From an uncultured Gemmatimonadales bacterium (GTDB taxonomy: Bacteria > Gemmatimonadota > Gemmatimonadetes > Gemmatimonadales > GWC2-71-9): a stretch of DNA of 64,000 bases. Location: assembly GCA_963844035.1 (NCBI GenBank), contig CAWJMT010000004.1, forward strand, positions 64,001 through 128,000. Reading direction: 5' to 3'. The notes beneath the pieces were generated by a model that saw only the letters and a list, made by a program, of their open reading frames with translations, was not told the DNA's origin and ran no database searches. This document shows positions 47,801 to 61,641 of the stretch, one piece after another (position 1 is the first letter of the stretch; each line of letters opens with the position of its first letter). The translations under genes were made by a program, and so were the position numbers.

Positions 47801-50774
47801 CAGAAGCTCGGACTCAAGCTCACCACCCAGCGAAACGCGACCCGGCTGCCGGACGGGGGGTCGGCGGCGCTCAACGTCCACTCGTTCATCTCGATCGGGA
47901 ACTCGAACCGCATCGTCCACGCAAGATCGCCTACTTGGTGCCGCGTGACCACTCCGATCCCGCTGTCGTGCAAATCCGCATAGGTCGCGTCGCTCCCGTT
48001 CGGGGTGGTGGCCACCGAATCTACCAGGCCGAAGTCGACAAACGCCTCGAGCGCCACGTCCCGCACAGCCCCCCGTTCGCGCCGCACGATCGAGCGGCTG
48101 ATCTCCGCGTTCAGGGCCACCGCCCAGCGGCCGCCCAGGTCCGGTCGAAAGGCGCGCAGGCCGGCGCCACCCGGCGAGTGGTAGTAGACCCCCGGACGGA
48201 CGAACAACGCCCCCTCGCTGCGCACGAATGGGTTCGTGAACGTCTGGTACGGGTCGGCGCCGGCCACCATGATGCGGCGCTGTTTCAACGGGTCCGATCC
48301 ACTCAGGTACGCCCCGCCGAACAGCCGCAGCCCCACGCGCGTGCCGAGCCATGCCGGCGCGCGCACGCTGGCCTCCCCGGTGAGACGCGCAAACCCGGCC
48401 AGATCGTAGCTCTTGGAGGACTCCAGCCCGCGTCCGGGATTCCAGTACGCGACGCCGCCGTGGCCCCCCGCCGTCGCGTGAAACACCGTCGCGCCCCGCT
48501 CAATGGTCGTGGTGACGCTCGGCCCCGCCTCGATGGTTCCGCCGTTGTCCCACAACTGGTCGTCGAGGTACTGCTGGTTGGAGGTTGCCATCCACAGGGC
48601 GTCGAACCCGACGTGTGGGTCCGACCCGAAGCTCAGATGACGCCGCAGGGACCGGTCCAGATCCACCGCGACCCCCGCCCGGCCCTCCACGGCCCACGCT
48701 GCAAGCGTGCGGCGCAGGCGCGGGGCGGGCTGTCCCAGGGAGAGGGGGTCCGAGATGCGGAAGTACACGCCCAGGCGATCGGTCGCGTCGCCGGCCGTCG
48801 CCACCGAGCCGAGCAACACGCTGCGGTTGTAGGTCCCGAAGTAGTTGCTCCGTTGGCGGAGGCCCACCGTCACGCCGCCGAAATCGTTGGACCAGATCGT
48901 CGGCATCCAGGCGCTCACCAGCCGGTCGCGCCGCACCATCTCGCGGGTGGGGTTGTCGAGCCGCCATTCCCACGCCGCGCCTCCGGTGACGAACCGTGAC
49001 TCGCGGTTGTTGAGCATGTTCCAGTCATGGGTCCGCCCGCGCGGGTCGAGCATCAGGCGGCCGGGCCGGCGCGCGGTGGTGAACTCGATCCGCTCGACCT
49101 GCGGCTGCCCAGTCGCGCGGGCATAGATCGTGTCGGGGTCGGCGATCTCGACCGGCATCCAGCCGTCGCCACGGCGCTCGATGGTCACTGTGGTGCGCCA
49201 GCGGCCATCTGGCAATTGCTTGCGCGCCACGCTGCGCAGGCGGTAGTCGATCAGCACGGTGCCATGCAGCCATTGCCCGAACAGCCACCCGAGGTCCTGC
49301 CCCGACACTTCCTCCGCCACGCTCCGAAACGCGGTTTCGTCCACGTGCTTGAGTTTCCAGCGGTCGAAGTACGTGCGCAGAATGCGGTGCATGCGCTCGT
49401 CGCCCACGACATAGCGCAGCTGCTCGTAGAACAGCTGCGCTTTCGAATAGGTCATCTCGCCGTACGTCGTGAAGTCGTTGAAGCGATCGCCCACCATCGC
49501 GACGGGCTCGCTCCAGCCGTGCAGATCGAACCAGAGCACATCCGCCTCGAGACCCGGGTACGACGACTCCCCACCCTGGTTCTCGACGAACCAGCCCGAC
49601 TGAAAGCTCGTGAACCCTTCGTCGAGCCAGCCGTCGCGCCACTCGTTGTTGGCCAGCTGCCCCATGGTGTACTGATGCCCCGCCTCGTGTACGATCAGTC
49701 CCATCGAGGCGCTCCCGTCCATGAGCACCATGGGGAATTCGGTGCCGCCTCCCTCGATCCGATGAAGGTTGGTGAGCTGCGGCCATTGATAGCGGCCGAA
49801 CAGCATGTCGAGCCAGGCCAGCGCGGTTTCCGTACGCCGGACCGCCACACCGTTGCCCCACGTCGTGCTGTCCCCGGGCAAATACAGCACGCGTACCACC
49901 GCGCCCCCGGCGCGTCCCTGCTCATAGACGTATCGCGGGTTGAGCGAAAAGGCGAAGTGATGCGTCTGCTCGGCGTAGAAGCGCACGCACTTGCGTCCGG
50001 GGCCGACCTCCCCGCACCGGCTGGAGGATGAATCACCCACCCGGCTGCCCGGCTGCCCGCCTGCCCGCCAGTACCAGTCCCGCTGATAGTCGATGACGAG
50101 CCCCGGATCCGCCTTGGCGCGCTCCCATCCGGGGTCACCCTCGACCGGCACGCCGGTGGCGCCGATGACTTGATCCTCGGCAAGGTCCAGCGTCACGTCG
50201 AACGTGGCGAACTCGCCGTAGAACTCGCCGGCCGGATAGAGCGGGTGATCCTGCCAACCGTATTTGTCGTAGACCACGACCTTGGGATACCACTGCGCAA
50301 AATCGAAGCGCCGCCCCTGGCGCCCCTGGCGACGCGGCAGCGTCGAGGGACGGGCCTGCCAGTCGATTTCCGCAACGAGCGAATCTCCGGGGAGGAGCGG
50401 CCGGGTGAGACGCCAGTGCGCGATGGTCGAATCGGGCGCATAGGGGTAGTCGGGCCGCGCCTCCTCGCCGCCGAGCCGCGCCGCCGTGATGCGCTCGAAG
50501 CCGTAGTCGGGATCCTCGCAGATGCTGAAAGCGATCCTTGCCCTTCGGCGCTGTCGGCCGCCGCCCAGCGGGAACCGGGCCGGAACGCGTTGAGGTACTG
50601 GTGCACGAAAAAGTCGTGCAGGGTATCGGGCGAGTGGTTGACGTAGAGGATGCGGGCGTGGCCGGTCAGCACCCCCGACGGCTCGTCCAGCCGCGCCGTG
50701 ATTCCATAGGTGACCTGCTGCTGCCAGTACGCGCTCGTATCGCACGCGAGCAAATGAAGCAGGAGGGGAAGCAT
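47800..50774 (-). CDS. M1-family zinc aminopeptidase with putative C-terminal beta-barrel, frameshift ~50535
   Basis: YWQQ, GGTEFP, HEAGH-x18-E (WLDEG); C-terminal barrel-like region ending in Phe. Confidence 0.9.
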
Positions 50775-50821
50775 CGGAGTCGGGAAACTACACTCACGAC
50801 AGCCGGACAGGCAGGCGTCCT

Positions 50822-51592
50822 CTAGTGCGCGCCCAATTCCTCAGGGCGAAACAATACGTCCACCCCCGCGAAGAGGTCCTTCCATATGCCCGTCCCCGCC
50901 CCCATGAGCGCGTACTTCGATATGCCGAACTGGTCGTACAGCATTGGCGCCGGGATGCGCAATTTGGCCAGTACCCGGGTTCCGCCGGCCTCCGGCCAGG
51001 CTCGGACAATGGCGCGCAGTGCGCCCTGCGATCCGTTGGCCTCGAACACGCCTATCGCTGTGGCGAAGAGCGTGTCGGCCTGCCGCGTGACGTCAACAAC
51101 GCTGTCGATCGTGAACCGCAGGGATGGGTTACTGAACGTCCGCAGCAACTTTCGGGCGTAGAGATCACGCATGTCCTCGCCCGTGACCAGCGAGTCCGCT
51201 TGTACCGTCACCTCGCCGTGGACGCCACGCCACGTCACCGTGTCCGGGAGCACCGCCCGACCTGCCACTGCCTGGCGGCAGACGAAACTCACGAGGGGCC
51301 GCGGATAGAACGGCACGTTCACGGTGTCGGGGACATTTGCTTGCCCGGTCTTCGGAGCGCGGAGCGACGGATTGATGATCCAGCCGGAGCTTCGCCCCTC
51401 ACCGGGCCGCCACGAGATCTCTTTGGGGCACGTCGTAGCCCACAGTTGGTTGAAGTGCGGGCTCACCTGCCACCAGGCAAGGCTGGCCTTCTGGTCCACG
51501 ATCCAGACGACCTGCGCCTGCGCATTGACCGCGGCCGCGAACAACCCCGACAACACGACCGCGAAACCGAACAGCGGTAACCGACGCCACAT
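50822..51592 (-). CDS. YceI-like secreted protein
   Basis: Signal peptide, W.VD.KAS, GEVTVQADSLVTGEDMRD, P.LRF, FGI. Confidence 0.55.
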   Translation of the reverse strand: MWRRLPLFGFAVVLSGLFAAAVNAQAQVVWIVDQKASLAWWQVSPHFNQLWATTCPKEISWRPGEGRSSGWIINPSLRAPKTGQANVPDTVNVPFYPRPLVSFVCRQAVAGRAVLPDTVTWRGVHGEVTVQADSLVTGEDMRDLYARKLLRTFSNPSLRFTIDSVVDVTRQADTLFATAIGVFEANGSQGALRAIVRAWPEAGGTRVLAKLRIPAPMLYDQFGISKYALMGAGTGIWKDLFAGVDVLFRPEELGAH

Positions 51593-51793
51593 GAAGCGAA
51601 TGCTAGCGACCGCGGACACGATTGGGGCGCGCGAATTCTCTGAAGGTTCCTTTCAGGAACGCGCTATCGCCTGCTCGCGCCAATCGGGCACCGCACGCGT
51701 ATTTCCGGCGACGGTCGCGCCACTGTTGTGCCGCAAGTTGGCCCGCCGGCGCGAGCCCCAACGCTCGGCCGGCCAACCCAACAAGGAGGCACA

Positions 51794-53003
51794 ATGAGCC
51801 GGAAAACACTTTGGATCCATGCAGCGGTGGCGTCCCTGGTCGCGAGTGCGTGCAGCGACCGCCCCGTGGCGCTCGCCCCCGATGCATCGATGACCACCGC
51901 ACCCATCGCCGGGGTGCCCAACGACCCCCGAGAAGCGCTGACTCGCAGCCTCGCGCTCGCGCTGCGCAGCCCCATCATGCGGGCCTACATGCGCGCCAAG
52001 CTCCAGACCTCGCCCTTCCGCGAGCAGAAGGTTCAGTTCCAACGCTTCCTCGAGGCCGACGGCCGGCACGCGCTGTTGCGAATCGCCGCCGAGACACGAA
52101 CGCCCGCCGGAGCGGTCGCCCGCACCGCGGATGCAACGATGCCGCTCGAGGTCTATCTCCCCGTGCCGGCACACCGCAGGGCCTGGCTTGGCGACGGGAA
52201 CGTCCTTGTGGCCACGGAGCTGAGGGACGGCGACACCCCGGTCGCGTACGATACCGCAGGGACCCGCTTTCTCCTCAGCCCCGACACCCCCCCGGCCATT
52301 CCCGTGCTCGCACTGGTGCCGGTCGAGACCGATTTCGCGACGCCCCCGAGCGCGATGATGTGCTTGAGCGAGTGTGGCGGGGGTGGGGACGGACCCAACC
52401 AGCCACCACCGCCCCCGTCGGGGCTCTACATGACGCAAGCTCATTTCACACAAACATTTGAGGGTTGGTTGAAGGGCAGTCCTGAATTTGAGGTGCACGT
52501 CCTCGGCCAAAAGGAGCAGACGGATTCGCTGACCGACTATCAGTGCGTGGGTGAGCACCAGGGGGCACCGTACTTCTACGATCAGAACGGCCTGGACTGG
52601 AGCCGGCAGCGTGCTGGTGTTCAGCCAATTCCAGCTGAATGACTATCACGCGAAGCACCCCGGCCAGAACGTCCGCGTCTACGTCGTGGAGGACGACGAC
52701 ACGGCGTGCCAGATCAAGACCGACGGCGTGCAATTCTCGGATGCGCTCGCGGTGCTCGACAGCATCCTGAGCGGGTTCGCGGGCGGGAAGGACACGGTCA
52801 CCGGAGGCGGCAAGCGATTCCGCGCCGCCAACGTGGCGGCCAAGCTCTTGAGTACTGTGGCTTCGCTCATCAACACCAACGACGAGCTGGTCGGCAACGC
52901 CGTCGCCGACAGCATCGCCGGCGAATTCCACCCGAATGCCAACTGGATCGTGAGGGGAGCGAACAACGTCACCAACGGATGGATCAACCTCGAGATGCGC
53001 TGA
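51794..53003 (+). CDS. Hypothetical lipoprotein, frameshift ~52605
   Basis: AAGGAGG RBS, lipobox ASAC, Gly/Pro linker, second domain with GWLKGSPEFEVH, VVEDDDTAC. Confidence 0.65.
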
Positions 53004-53028
53004 AACTCTTTTGTGCGGGAGGTCAACG

Positions 53029-53630
53029 ATGTGGCGCGCATACGGATTGGCCATATGGGTGTTCGCCGCGGCGCCGCTCGCGGCGCAGTGGAGCGCCGGC
53101 GTGGCGATCGGGTCTCTTGCGTTCGGCGGCACGTCGATCGACACCGCGACGCCGGGCGATCCCCGCAGGGCGCGCCCCTCCGCAAGCACGAGTTACGACA
53201 TTCGTTTGGAGCGCTACTTCGGGACGATCGGCCTCGGGATCGAAGTGCTCTACAGCAAGAGCGGTGCAGGCGTTGAGTCCGCCGACATCGCAGTCGAGCA
53301 GAAGGGCGTGGCGAAGGTGTATGCGGTAGCGCCCGAGGTGTCACTGCTGGTCGCCAGGCCGGGCCCGGGCGGAGCGCTGCGGCTGCGCCTCGGGCCCTCC
53401 TTTGACCGTTGGGCACTCACCGGTGGCGACACAACCTGGCGGGTGGGTGCGCGCGCCGCGGTCTCTCTGGAGTGGCCGTTGGGCGGGCCGTGGATCGGAA
53501 GATTGCAGGCAGGGGCAGCGGTGAGTGCCGGCGTCTTCGACACGGAGGACCTGCCGCCCGAGTATGCGCGACAGGCAACCTGGCGGCGTGCATTGTCGGC
53601 TGGGGTCGCGCTGCGGCGCCCCGCCCCGCG
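53029..53630 (+). CDS. Hypothetical outer-membrane beta-barrel protein (3' end uncertain)
   Basis: Signal peptide ..LAAQW, amphipathic strands; ORF runs on into antisense atpH, probably because of an indel. Confidence 0.5.
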
Positions 53631-53631
53631 C

Positions 53632-54174
53632 CTACTCCGCGGCGAGCATCCGCCGGCGCATCGCCGTGAGCCGGCGGCGCAGCGAGCCGTCGAACACCCG
53701 GTCGCCCACCCGAACGACGACCCCGCCCAGAATCGCGGCGTCCGCCTGGAAATGGGCCCGCACTTCCTTACCGAGCGCATGGGCCAGCCGGCGGACGATA
53801 TCCTTCTCGAACGACTCGTCCCCCGCGGTCGCCACCGTTATGCCGGCATGGACGCGGTTGAGCTCCGTGTCCAGCAACCGCTGATACTCCACGGCGATCT
53901 CGCCGAGCAACCCTTGCCGCCCGCGCCGTACCACCGCCTCGAGAAACCGCACGAACTCGTCGGGCACCAGCCCGTCCAGGGCCCTGCGGAGGATCGCCCC
54001 CTTCTCGGCCTTGGCGACGCGCGGTGAATCGAGCACGACCGCGATCCGCGGGTCGGATGCAACGGCACCCGCCACCGCGTCGATGAATTCGCCGTAGCGC
54101 TCGGTCTTGCCTGCGTCGTCCGCGGCCTCGAACAGGGCCTCGGCGTAGTTACGGGCGATCGTGACGCTTTTCAT
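53632..54174 (-). CDS. atpH: ATP synthase F1 delta subunit
   Basis: ARNYAEAL, ILGGVVVRVGDRVFDGS. Confidence 0.95.
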   Translation of the reverse strand: MKSVTIARNYAEALFEAADDAGKTERYGEFIDAVAGAVASDPRIAVVLDSPRVAKAEKGAILRRALDGLVPDEFVRFLEAVVRRGRQGLLGEIAVEYQRLLDTELNRVHAGITVATAGDESFEKDIVRRLAHALGKEVRAHFQADAAILGGVVVRVGDRVFDGSLRRRLTAMRRRMLAAE

Positions 54175-54733
54175 CGCGCCTTCGCGTCATCCCCGAGCTG
54201 GTCGATGTACTGCGTGACCAACCGGCGGTTGGCATCGCTGTCGAGCTTGGCCTCGATCAGCTTGGAGGCGGCGGCGAGAGAGAGATCCACCGCTTCCTGC
54301 CGCACCGTGAGGAGCGCCTTGCGGGTTTCGCTGGCGATCTCCTGGCGCGCGCGCGCCAGGAGCGCCTCCTGCTCCTCGTGGGTCTTGGCGAGCAGCGCGT
54401 CCCGTTCTTTCTGCGCCGCCGCCTTGGCGCGCGCCACGATCTCCTGCCCTTCGGCACGCGCGGCCGTCAACAGCGCCTTCTGCTCCTCGAGCAGGCGCGC
54501 CGCCTCGGCCCTGCCGCGCTCGGCGTCCTCGAGCTGCTGCTGGATGCGCCGCTCCCGCTCCTCGACCGACTTGAGGATCATCGGCCACCCCAGCTTCCAG
54601 AGCAGGCCGAGGAGGATCAGGAAGATGAGGACGGTCCAGAAGGCCATCCCCGTATTGATCGAGAACGGCGAGAACCCTTCCGCCTCCCCGCCGTGGTGCG
54701 CGGCTTCCTGGAGCAGCAGCAGCAGCGCCGGCA

Positions 54734-54734
<1 letters not shown>
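54171..54734 (-). CDS. atpF: ATP synthase F0 b subunit
   Basis: FWTVLIFLILLGLL..WP.ILK.VEER, long coiled coil. Confidence 0.95.
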
Positions 54735-56200
<1,466 letters not shown>

Positions 56201-56204
<4 letters not shown>

Positions 56205-56473
56205 CCGCCCGGTCCCTTCCCCTCCGCTGCCTTGTCCGCCTTGTCCCGAGCGATGTCGCGCTGGACCCGGTAATAGATGCTCATGAACCCGCCGAATCCG
56301 CCCAGGAACCCGCCCGCGATTGCGAACGCAGGCCGGGTGTGAAGCCACCCGTCTACCAGCCAGCCGAGCGCGCCAAACAACAGGATGGCGAGTGCGAACG
56401 AGAAGCCGGCGCCGACGTACGAGTAGCCATCGCCCAGACCCCGGGCGAACCGATTGCGATCCTCGGTTGGCAT
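56201..56473 (-). CDS. AtpZ/AtpI family protein
   Basis: GWLVDGWLHTRP..GGFLG motif; first gene of the atp operon. Confidence 0.85.
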
Positions 56474-56495
56474 GAACGGCCGATAACTTACCCGC

Positions 56496-56513
56496 TTGTG
56501 AAATATTTCGCAA
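56496..56513. promoter_or_regulatory. Rex-type operator upstream of the atp operon
   Basis: TTGTGAAATATTTCGCAA, one mismatch from TTGTGAAnnnnTTCACAA. Confidence 0.7.
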
Positions 56514-56580
56514 GCAAACGGACCCACACGCAAACTTATGTGGCGCTTGCGAGTATGATTGAGTAACCTCAAGAACTGTT

Positions 56581-57618
56581 ATGACGCCAGAGCCTTCCCC
56601 CTCCCCCCTTCCCTCGTCCCCGCCTTCGGGCGATGTCGAGCTACTGGAGCGGCTTGCGACCGCCCGGACCGACCTGCTCGCCCAGGTGGGGCGCCGGATC
56701 GTCGGCCAGCAAAGCGTGCTCGACGGGATCCTGACCGCCATTTTCTCGGGCGGGCACGCCCTGCTGCTCGGCGTGCCCGGGCTGGCCAAGACCCTGATGG
56801 TGCAGACGGTAGCGCAGGCGCTGGAGCTCAAGTTCTCCCGGATCCAGTTCACCCCCGACCTCATGCCCTCCGACATCACCGGCACGGAGATCATCGAGGA
56901 AGACACGACCACCGGGAAGCGCGCGTTCCGGTTCGTGCGCGGCCCGGTGTTCGCGAACATCGTCCTGGCCGACGAGGTCAATCGCACGCCGCCCAAGACC
57001 CAGGCCGCCCTGCTGCAAGCGATGCAGGAGCACCAGGTGAGCGCCGCGGGGCAGACGCACCTGCTGCCGGCACCGTTCTTCGTGCTGGCGACCCAAAACC
57101 CGATCGAGCAGGAGGGCACCTACCCGCTCCCCGAGGCACAGCTCGACCGTTTCATGTTCGAGCTGCGGGTGGGCTATCCCTCGAGGGAAGAGGAAGAACG
57201 CATCGTCGAGACCACGACGAGCGACCTGTCGGCGCACGTGCAGCCGGTGCTCACCGCTGAGGACGTATTGGCGCTGCAGCACCTCGTGCGCCGGGTGCCG
57301 GCGCCCAAGACGCTGGTCCGCGCGGCAGTAGCGTTGGCGCGCATGACGCGGCCCACCGACGCCGACGCGCCGGCCTTCATTAAGGAATACGTCGCGTGGG
57401 GTGCCGGCCCGCGCGCATCGCAGTATCTCGTGCTGGGCGCCAAGGCGCGCGCGGCCCTCGACGGCCGCCCGTTAGCCGACTACGACGATCTGCGGAGTGT
57501 GGCATCCGGGGTCCTGACCCATCGGTTGGTGATCAACTTTGCGGCCGAGGCTGCGGGACGCTCCGCGGCGGACATTGTTGAGGACCTGCTCAAGGAGGGC
57601 CGGTGGCTCGCCAAGTGA
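56581..57618 (+). CDS. MoxR-family AAA+ ATPase
   Basis: [50 protein letters not shown]. Confidence 0.96.
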   Translation: MTPEPSPSPLPSSPPSGDVELLERLATARTDLLAQVGRRIVGQQSVLDGILTAIFSGGHALLLGVPGLAKTLMVQTVAQALELKFSRIQFTPDLMPSDITGTEIIEEDTTTGKRAFRFVRGPVFANIVLADEVNRTPPKTQAALLQAMQEHQVSAAGQTHLLPAPFFVLATQNPIEQEGTYPLPEAQLDRFMFELRVGYPSREEEERIVETTTSDLSAHVQPVLTAEDVLALQHLVRRVPAPKTLVRAAVALARMTRPTDADAPAFIKEYVAWGAGPRASQYLVLGAKARAALDGRPLADYDDLRSVASGVLTHRLVINFAAEAAGRSAADIVEDLLKEGRWLAK

Positions 57619-58046
57619 GGGCGGCCGCGCTGGCCCTGGCATTGGGCGCTCTGGCGGGATGCGACAATCCGTTCCCGCCTGGGGCGACGGTCCGTGGCAC
57701 CTGGGGTGCCAACAACGCCGGTCTCCTGGCGGACGACACCAGCGCGCATGTCCATATCGGCTGCACCTACGGCGCCATTCATGAGCCGATCGTACTGGAC
57801 ATGAGCAGCCGGTTCGATGTCGCCGGCGAGCAAAACATCACCGCGCACCCCGTCGACCTGGGCATTCTCCATCCTGCTCGCTTCACCGGCTCGATCGATG
57901 GCCGCACCATGACCCTGACAGTCACGCTGACCGATACCGCCGTCACCCTGGGTCCGGTGGAATTGACGTTCGAGAAGGAACCGGTCATGGGCCCATGTCC
58001 GATCTGCTTCGGGAAGCGAGCTACTCGCGTTCGTCCGGTCCGTTGA
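57615..58046 (+). CDS. Hypothetical lipoprotein
   Basis: Lipobox LAGC, GTWG, C-terminal CPIC. Confidence 0.6.
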   Translation: MRAAALALALGALAGCDNPFPPGATVRGTWGANNAGLLADDTSAHVHIGCTYGAIHEPIVLDMSSRFDVAGEQNITAHPVDLGILHPARFTGSIDGRTMTLTVTLTDTAVTLGPVELTFEKEPVMGPCPICFGKRATRVRPVR

Positions 58047-58146
58047 CACGGCTCTGAGCTGACCCGCCGAACGGCCGCTAACAGGCGGTCGCAGAAGGTG
58101 TTGACACCCCGTTGATACGCCTGCCTAATAGTGCCAGTCCGCAACA

Positions 58147-61100
58147 TTGCGAGATGACCCTTTGGCTGCGCACCTCCTCCTGTCCACGCTCGGCGCGCCG
58201 CTTCTGTTCGCCAGCTCCGGCGAGCCCGTCAGGTTCCGCACCCGGAAGCATTTCGCGCTCTTGATCAGGCTCGGCCTCGAGAGCGGGCGTCGTTTCAGCC
58301 GCGACTACTTGACCGACCTGCTGTGGCCCGACGCGCCGGCCCGGCAGGCTCGCCACTCGCTCGCTCAGGCCCTGTCGGTGGTGAGGGCCAAGGTTGGGGC
58401 GGAGCATCTCCTCGTGCAGAAGGCCACGGTCGCGCTCGTCGCGGGCGCGGTGGACGTAGACGCGTGCCGCCTGGGCGACGGCCCGGCGGAGGTCCGGGGG
58501 CCCTTCCTTGAAGGGTTCGAGATTCCTGGTGCACCCTCGTTCGAGCAATGGAAGGACGAGTGGCGCGCCAAGCTCACGCCGCGGATCCGCGATGCCCTGG
58601 TGAGACAGATGGACGGAGGGCGGCGCATCGGGGATTTCGCAACCGTCGAGCGCTACGCCCAGGTGTTGTACGAGCTCGACCCGCTGTCGGAGGACGCGGT
58701 GCGAGGCCTGATGGAAGCACGCGCCTGGGCGGGAGACCGGCTCAACGCCTTGAAGATCTGCGCACGGTTCGCGGCCCAGCTCGAGGAGGACTTGGGAGCA
58801 AAGCCGAGTGCCGACCTCGCCCGCATGGCCGCGCTGCTGCGCGAGGGCCGCAGCTCGCTGCCGCGGCAGCCTGACGGCAACGGCGTTCAAACTGGGCCGG
58901 CCGGGCCGGCGCGCCACGAGCGGCGCTTCGAAGCAGAGACGCTGATCGGCCGCGAGACGGAGTTCGCGGTCCTGTACGACAATTGGCTCGAAGTGCGACA
59001 GCGCCGGCCGCGCGTGGTCGTCGTGACCGGGGATCCCGGGATCGGCAAGACCACGCTCACCAACGCATTCGTGTCGACCTGTCAGATGGAGGGGGCGGTG
59101 GTCGCGCGCGCTCAGGCGTATGACGCGGAGCGCGAGCTGCCCTTCGCCGTGCTGGCGGAGCTGGTGCGCCAGCTCGCCCTCCAGCGCGCCATCGGCAGCG
59201 CCGATCCGGACGCGTTGAGCGAGCTGGCGCGCATCGCGCCCGCCGTGTTCGACGCGTTCCCTGGCGTTCCCAAGCCGGTTGACTGGGCGGCCGAAGTGAC
59301 TCCCCTGCGCCTGGCCGACGCCTTTCTCCGGACGCTCGCGGCGGCCGGCGACGAAAGTCCCGTCATCCTCGTGGTGGACGACATCCACGCCGCCGACAAC
59401 GCGAGCGCCGCGATCCTGCACCTCGTGGCTCGGAAGCTCGAGGGCACGCGGCTGCTCCTGGTGCTGGCGGGCCGTTCGAGCGAGCTGCGGACCGCCACGG
59501 CACCGGGCGAGCTGGTCTCCGATTCCTCGACGCAAACCATACAGACGCTTGAGCTTGAGCCCTTGGCACCGGACGCGCTGGAGCGTCTCGCGGCCGCGAT
59601 CGCGTCCAAGGCGGGAGGCACCATACAGGATCTCCCCACCCAACGCATCCTCCGGGCGGCGAACGGCAACCCGCTGGCGCTCGAGCTGCTCACGACGGAG
59701 TGGCTCGCGCACGGGTCGACGTCCTTGCTGGCCGATCTTGGAGGCGCTGAACACTCGCCCGGTGGCGAACATCGGAATCCCGCGCGCGATCGGCGCGGTG
59801 TTCGAGCGCCAGATCCGGCGGCTGCACGCGTCTGCGCGGGCGGCGCTCGATCTCGCGGCGGTGTTGGGCCGCCGGCTCGTCGACTTGCCGCTGTACGACA
59901 TCGTGGGCCTGTCGCCCGCGGCCGCGGGGGAGATGCTGTCGCGATTGCGCGAGGAGGGTTTTCTCCGGGAGATCCACGGTGGGCTCGAGTTCCGGAATGA
60001 GCTGATACGGGCGCAGGCGTACTACGCGGTGGCCGGACCGGCGCGGCAACATCTGCACCGGCGCGTTGGCACGCTGTTGGCCGAGCGGCCGCCTGAGGAT
60101 CGGCAGTCGCTCCAGCTGGAGATCGCGTGGCATTTCCTGAGGGGGGGTGATGGAGTCCTTGCGGTCGTCTACGGATTGGTAGCGGCCGAGGAAGCGATGA
60201 GGATTGGCGCTCCCTATGAAGCACAAGAGATTCTCCAGGCACTCATCCACGAGCCGAAAGCCGAGACACACACCCTACGAATTCAATTGTTGGCCGCGCA
60301 GGCCCTATTGGAGCAATCCAAGGCACAAGCAGCGCTCGACGCACTTAGTGGCCTGGAGAATGTGACCGGAATCACGCCGCCCGTATCAGCGGAGGTCGCC
60401 AGGATGCGCGCGACAGCGCGATATCTGATGAACGAAGGTCCCCCACAAGGGTACGTCGAGGCCGCTCAAAGGGCGCTGATCGCCGCAAGGGAGGTCGGCG
60501 ATCCGGAAATACTCTCCCGAGCACTCTTCGAGTGTGCAAGAGCTGGAGCGGAGGCGGGAGACGAAGCTCTAGTCCTTGAGGCCCAAGCAGAGATCGAACA
60601 TCTCCAGAGTCAACCCGAGGCCGCAAAACTGCCAACCCTGCACTATGCCCAAGCGTTTTGCAGTTCCTTCGTCTTTGAACCCGCGCGTGCGGCCGACTCA
60701 ATGGAAGTTGCCCTGAAACTCCTGATTCCTGATGGTAACCCTAGCGAACTGTCATTCGCGTACAACGGATACGCAAACTGCAAGCTGCAACTCTGTGAGT
60801 TTGAATTGGCCCGCGAGGCGTACGGAAGGGGCCTTGAGTTGGCAAGGAAGGTAGGTGACGACTCTCGAGCGTCGGTGGTCGCGGGAAATTTGTGCGGTGT
60901 GCTCTCGATGATGGGGGACTATTCAGCCGCTGTGAGGGTGGGAGAAGATGGCGTTCGATTTGGTGTCCGATGTCCTAGCCAGCCAGTCCTGATAACATGC
61001 TTCACTAGTTTGGCTGAGGCCCACGCCCTCGCCGGTGACAAAATTCGCGCGATTGACAGTCTTAAGGAGGCACAGGAGTGGCTTCAAAGGAGGCAGAGCT

Positions 61101-61507
61101 GGTCAGCTAATGTTGAGTTCCTCTGTCAGAAAGCGCTCATCGCCCTGTTGATGGGTGACCTGGGCTTGGCTCTGGACACTACGGCCCTGGCGGAAAAGGC
61201 TGCGTGGCGCAGAGAACGAACGGTACCAAACCCTGGAATCCTGGCCAAGCTCCGGATCATGCGAGCGGCCCACGTTTCTGGCTTTGAGTCCGCCTTCGCT
61301 ATCGCGCAGGACGCCATGGCGAGGTTCTGTGGTCACCACCCGTTACATTCTCTCGCGGTGTCGACAGCGATAGTGTGGGTGGAGAACAATGCCGGATGCT
61401 CGCATTCGACCGAAACCCAGAAAGCACTGCAACGTCTCGAAATGCCGGAGTTGCGAGGATATAGAGCCATGCTTACAGCCCAAGGGTTCTTGGCGCAGCG
61501 GGCTTGA
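58147..61507 (+). CDS. Large SARP-type regulator: wHTH-BTAD + STAND/AAA ATPase + TPR-like sensor, frameshift ~59740
   Basis: LSTLGAP, RDYLTDLLWPD, GPFLEGF, DPLSE; Walker A GDPGIGKT, Walker B VVDDIH, GNPL; helical TPR-like C-terminus. Confidence 0.9.
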
Positions 61508-61641
61508 TCCCGTTCCAGGCCCCGTCACCCTTTTTGCCCCGCCCAAGGACCCGCCAATCCACACTACGGCCAAAGTCCCTCAAAGATTATGCGCGACGAC
61601 TAGTGTTGGGCTGCTGGCGGGCAGGTCCGTCGCCTCTTCCT

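Noticed and set aside
58101..58129. TTGACA promoter for the large SARP gene
   Set aside because: Perfect -35, but the -10 at 17 bp (CCTAAT) is weak; not enough to call.
61343..61573. 76-aa ORF downstream of the HD-GYP gene
   Set aside because: TTG start, overlaps the SARP 3' end antisense, no recognisable features.
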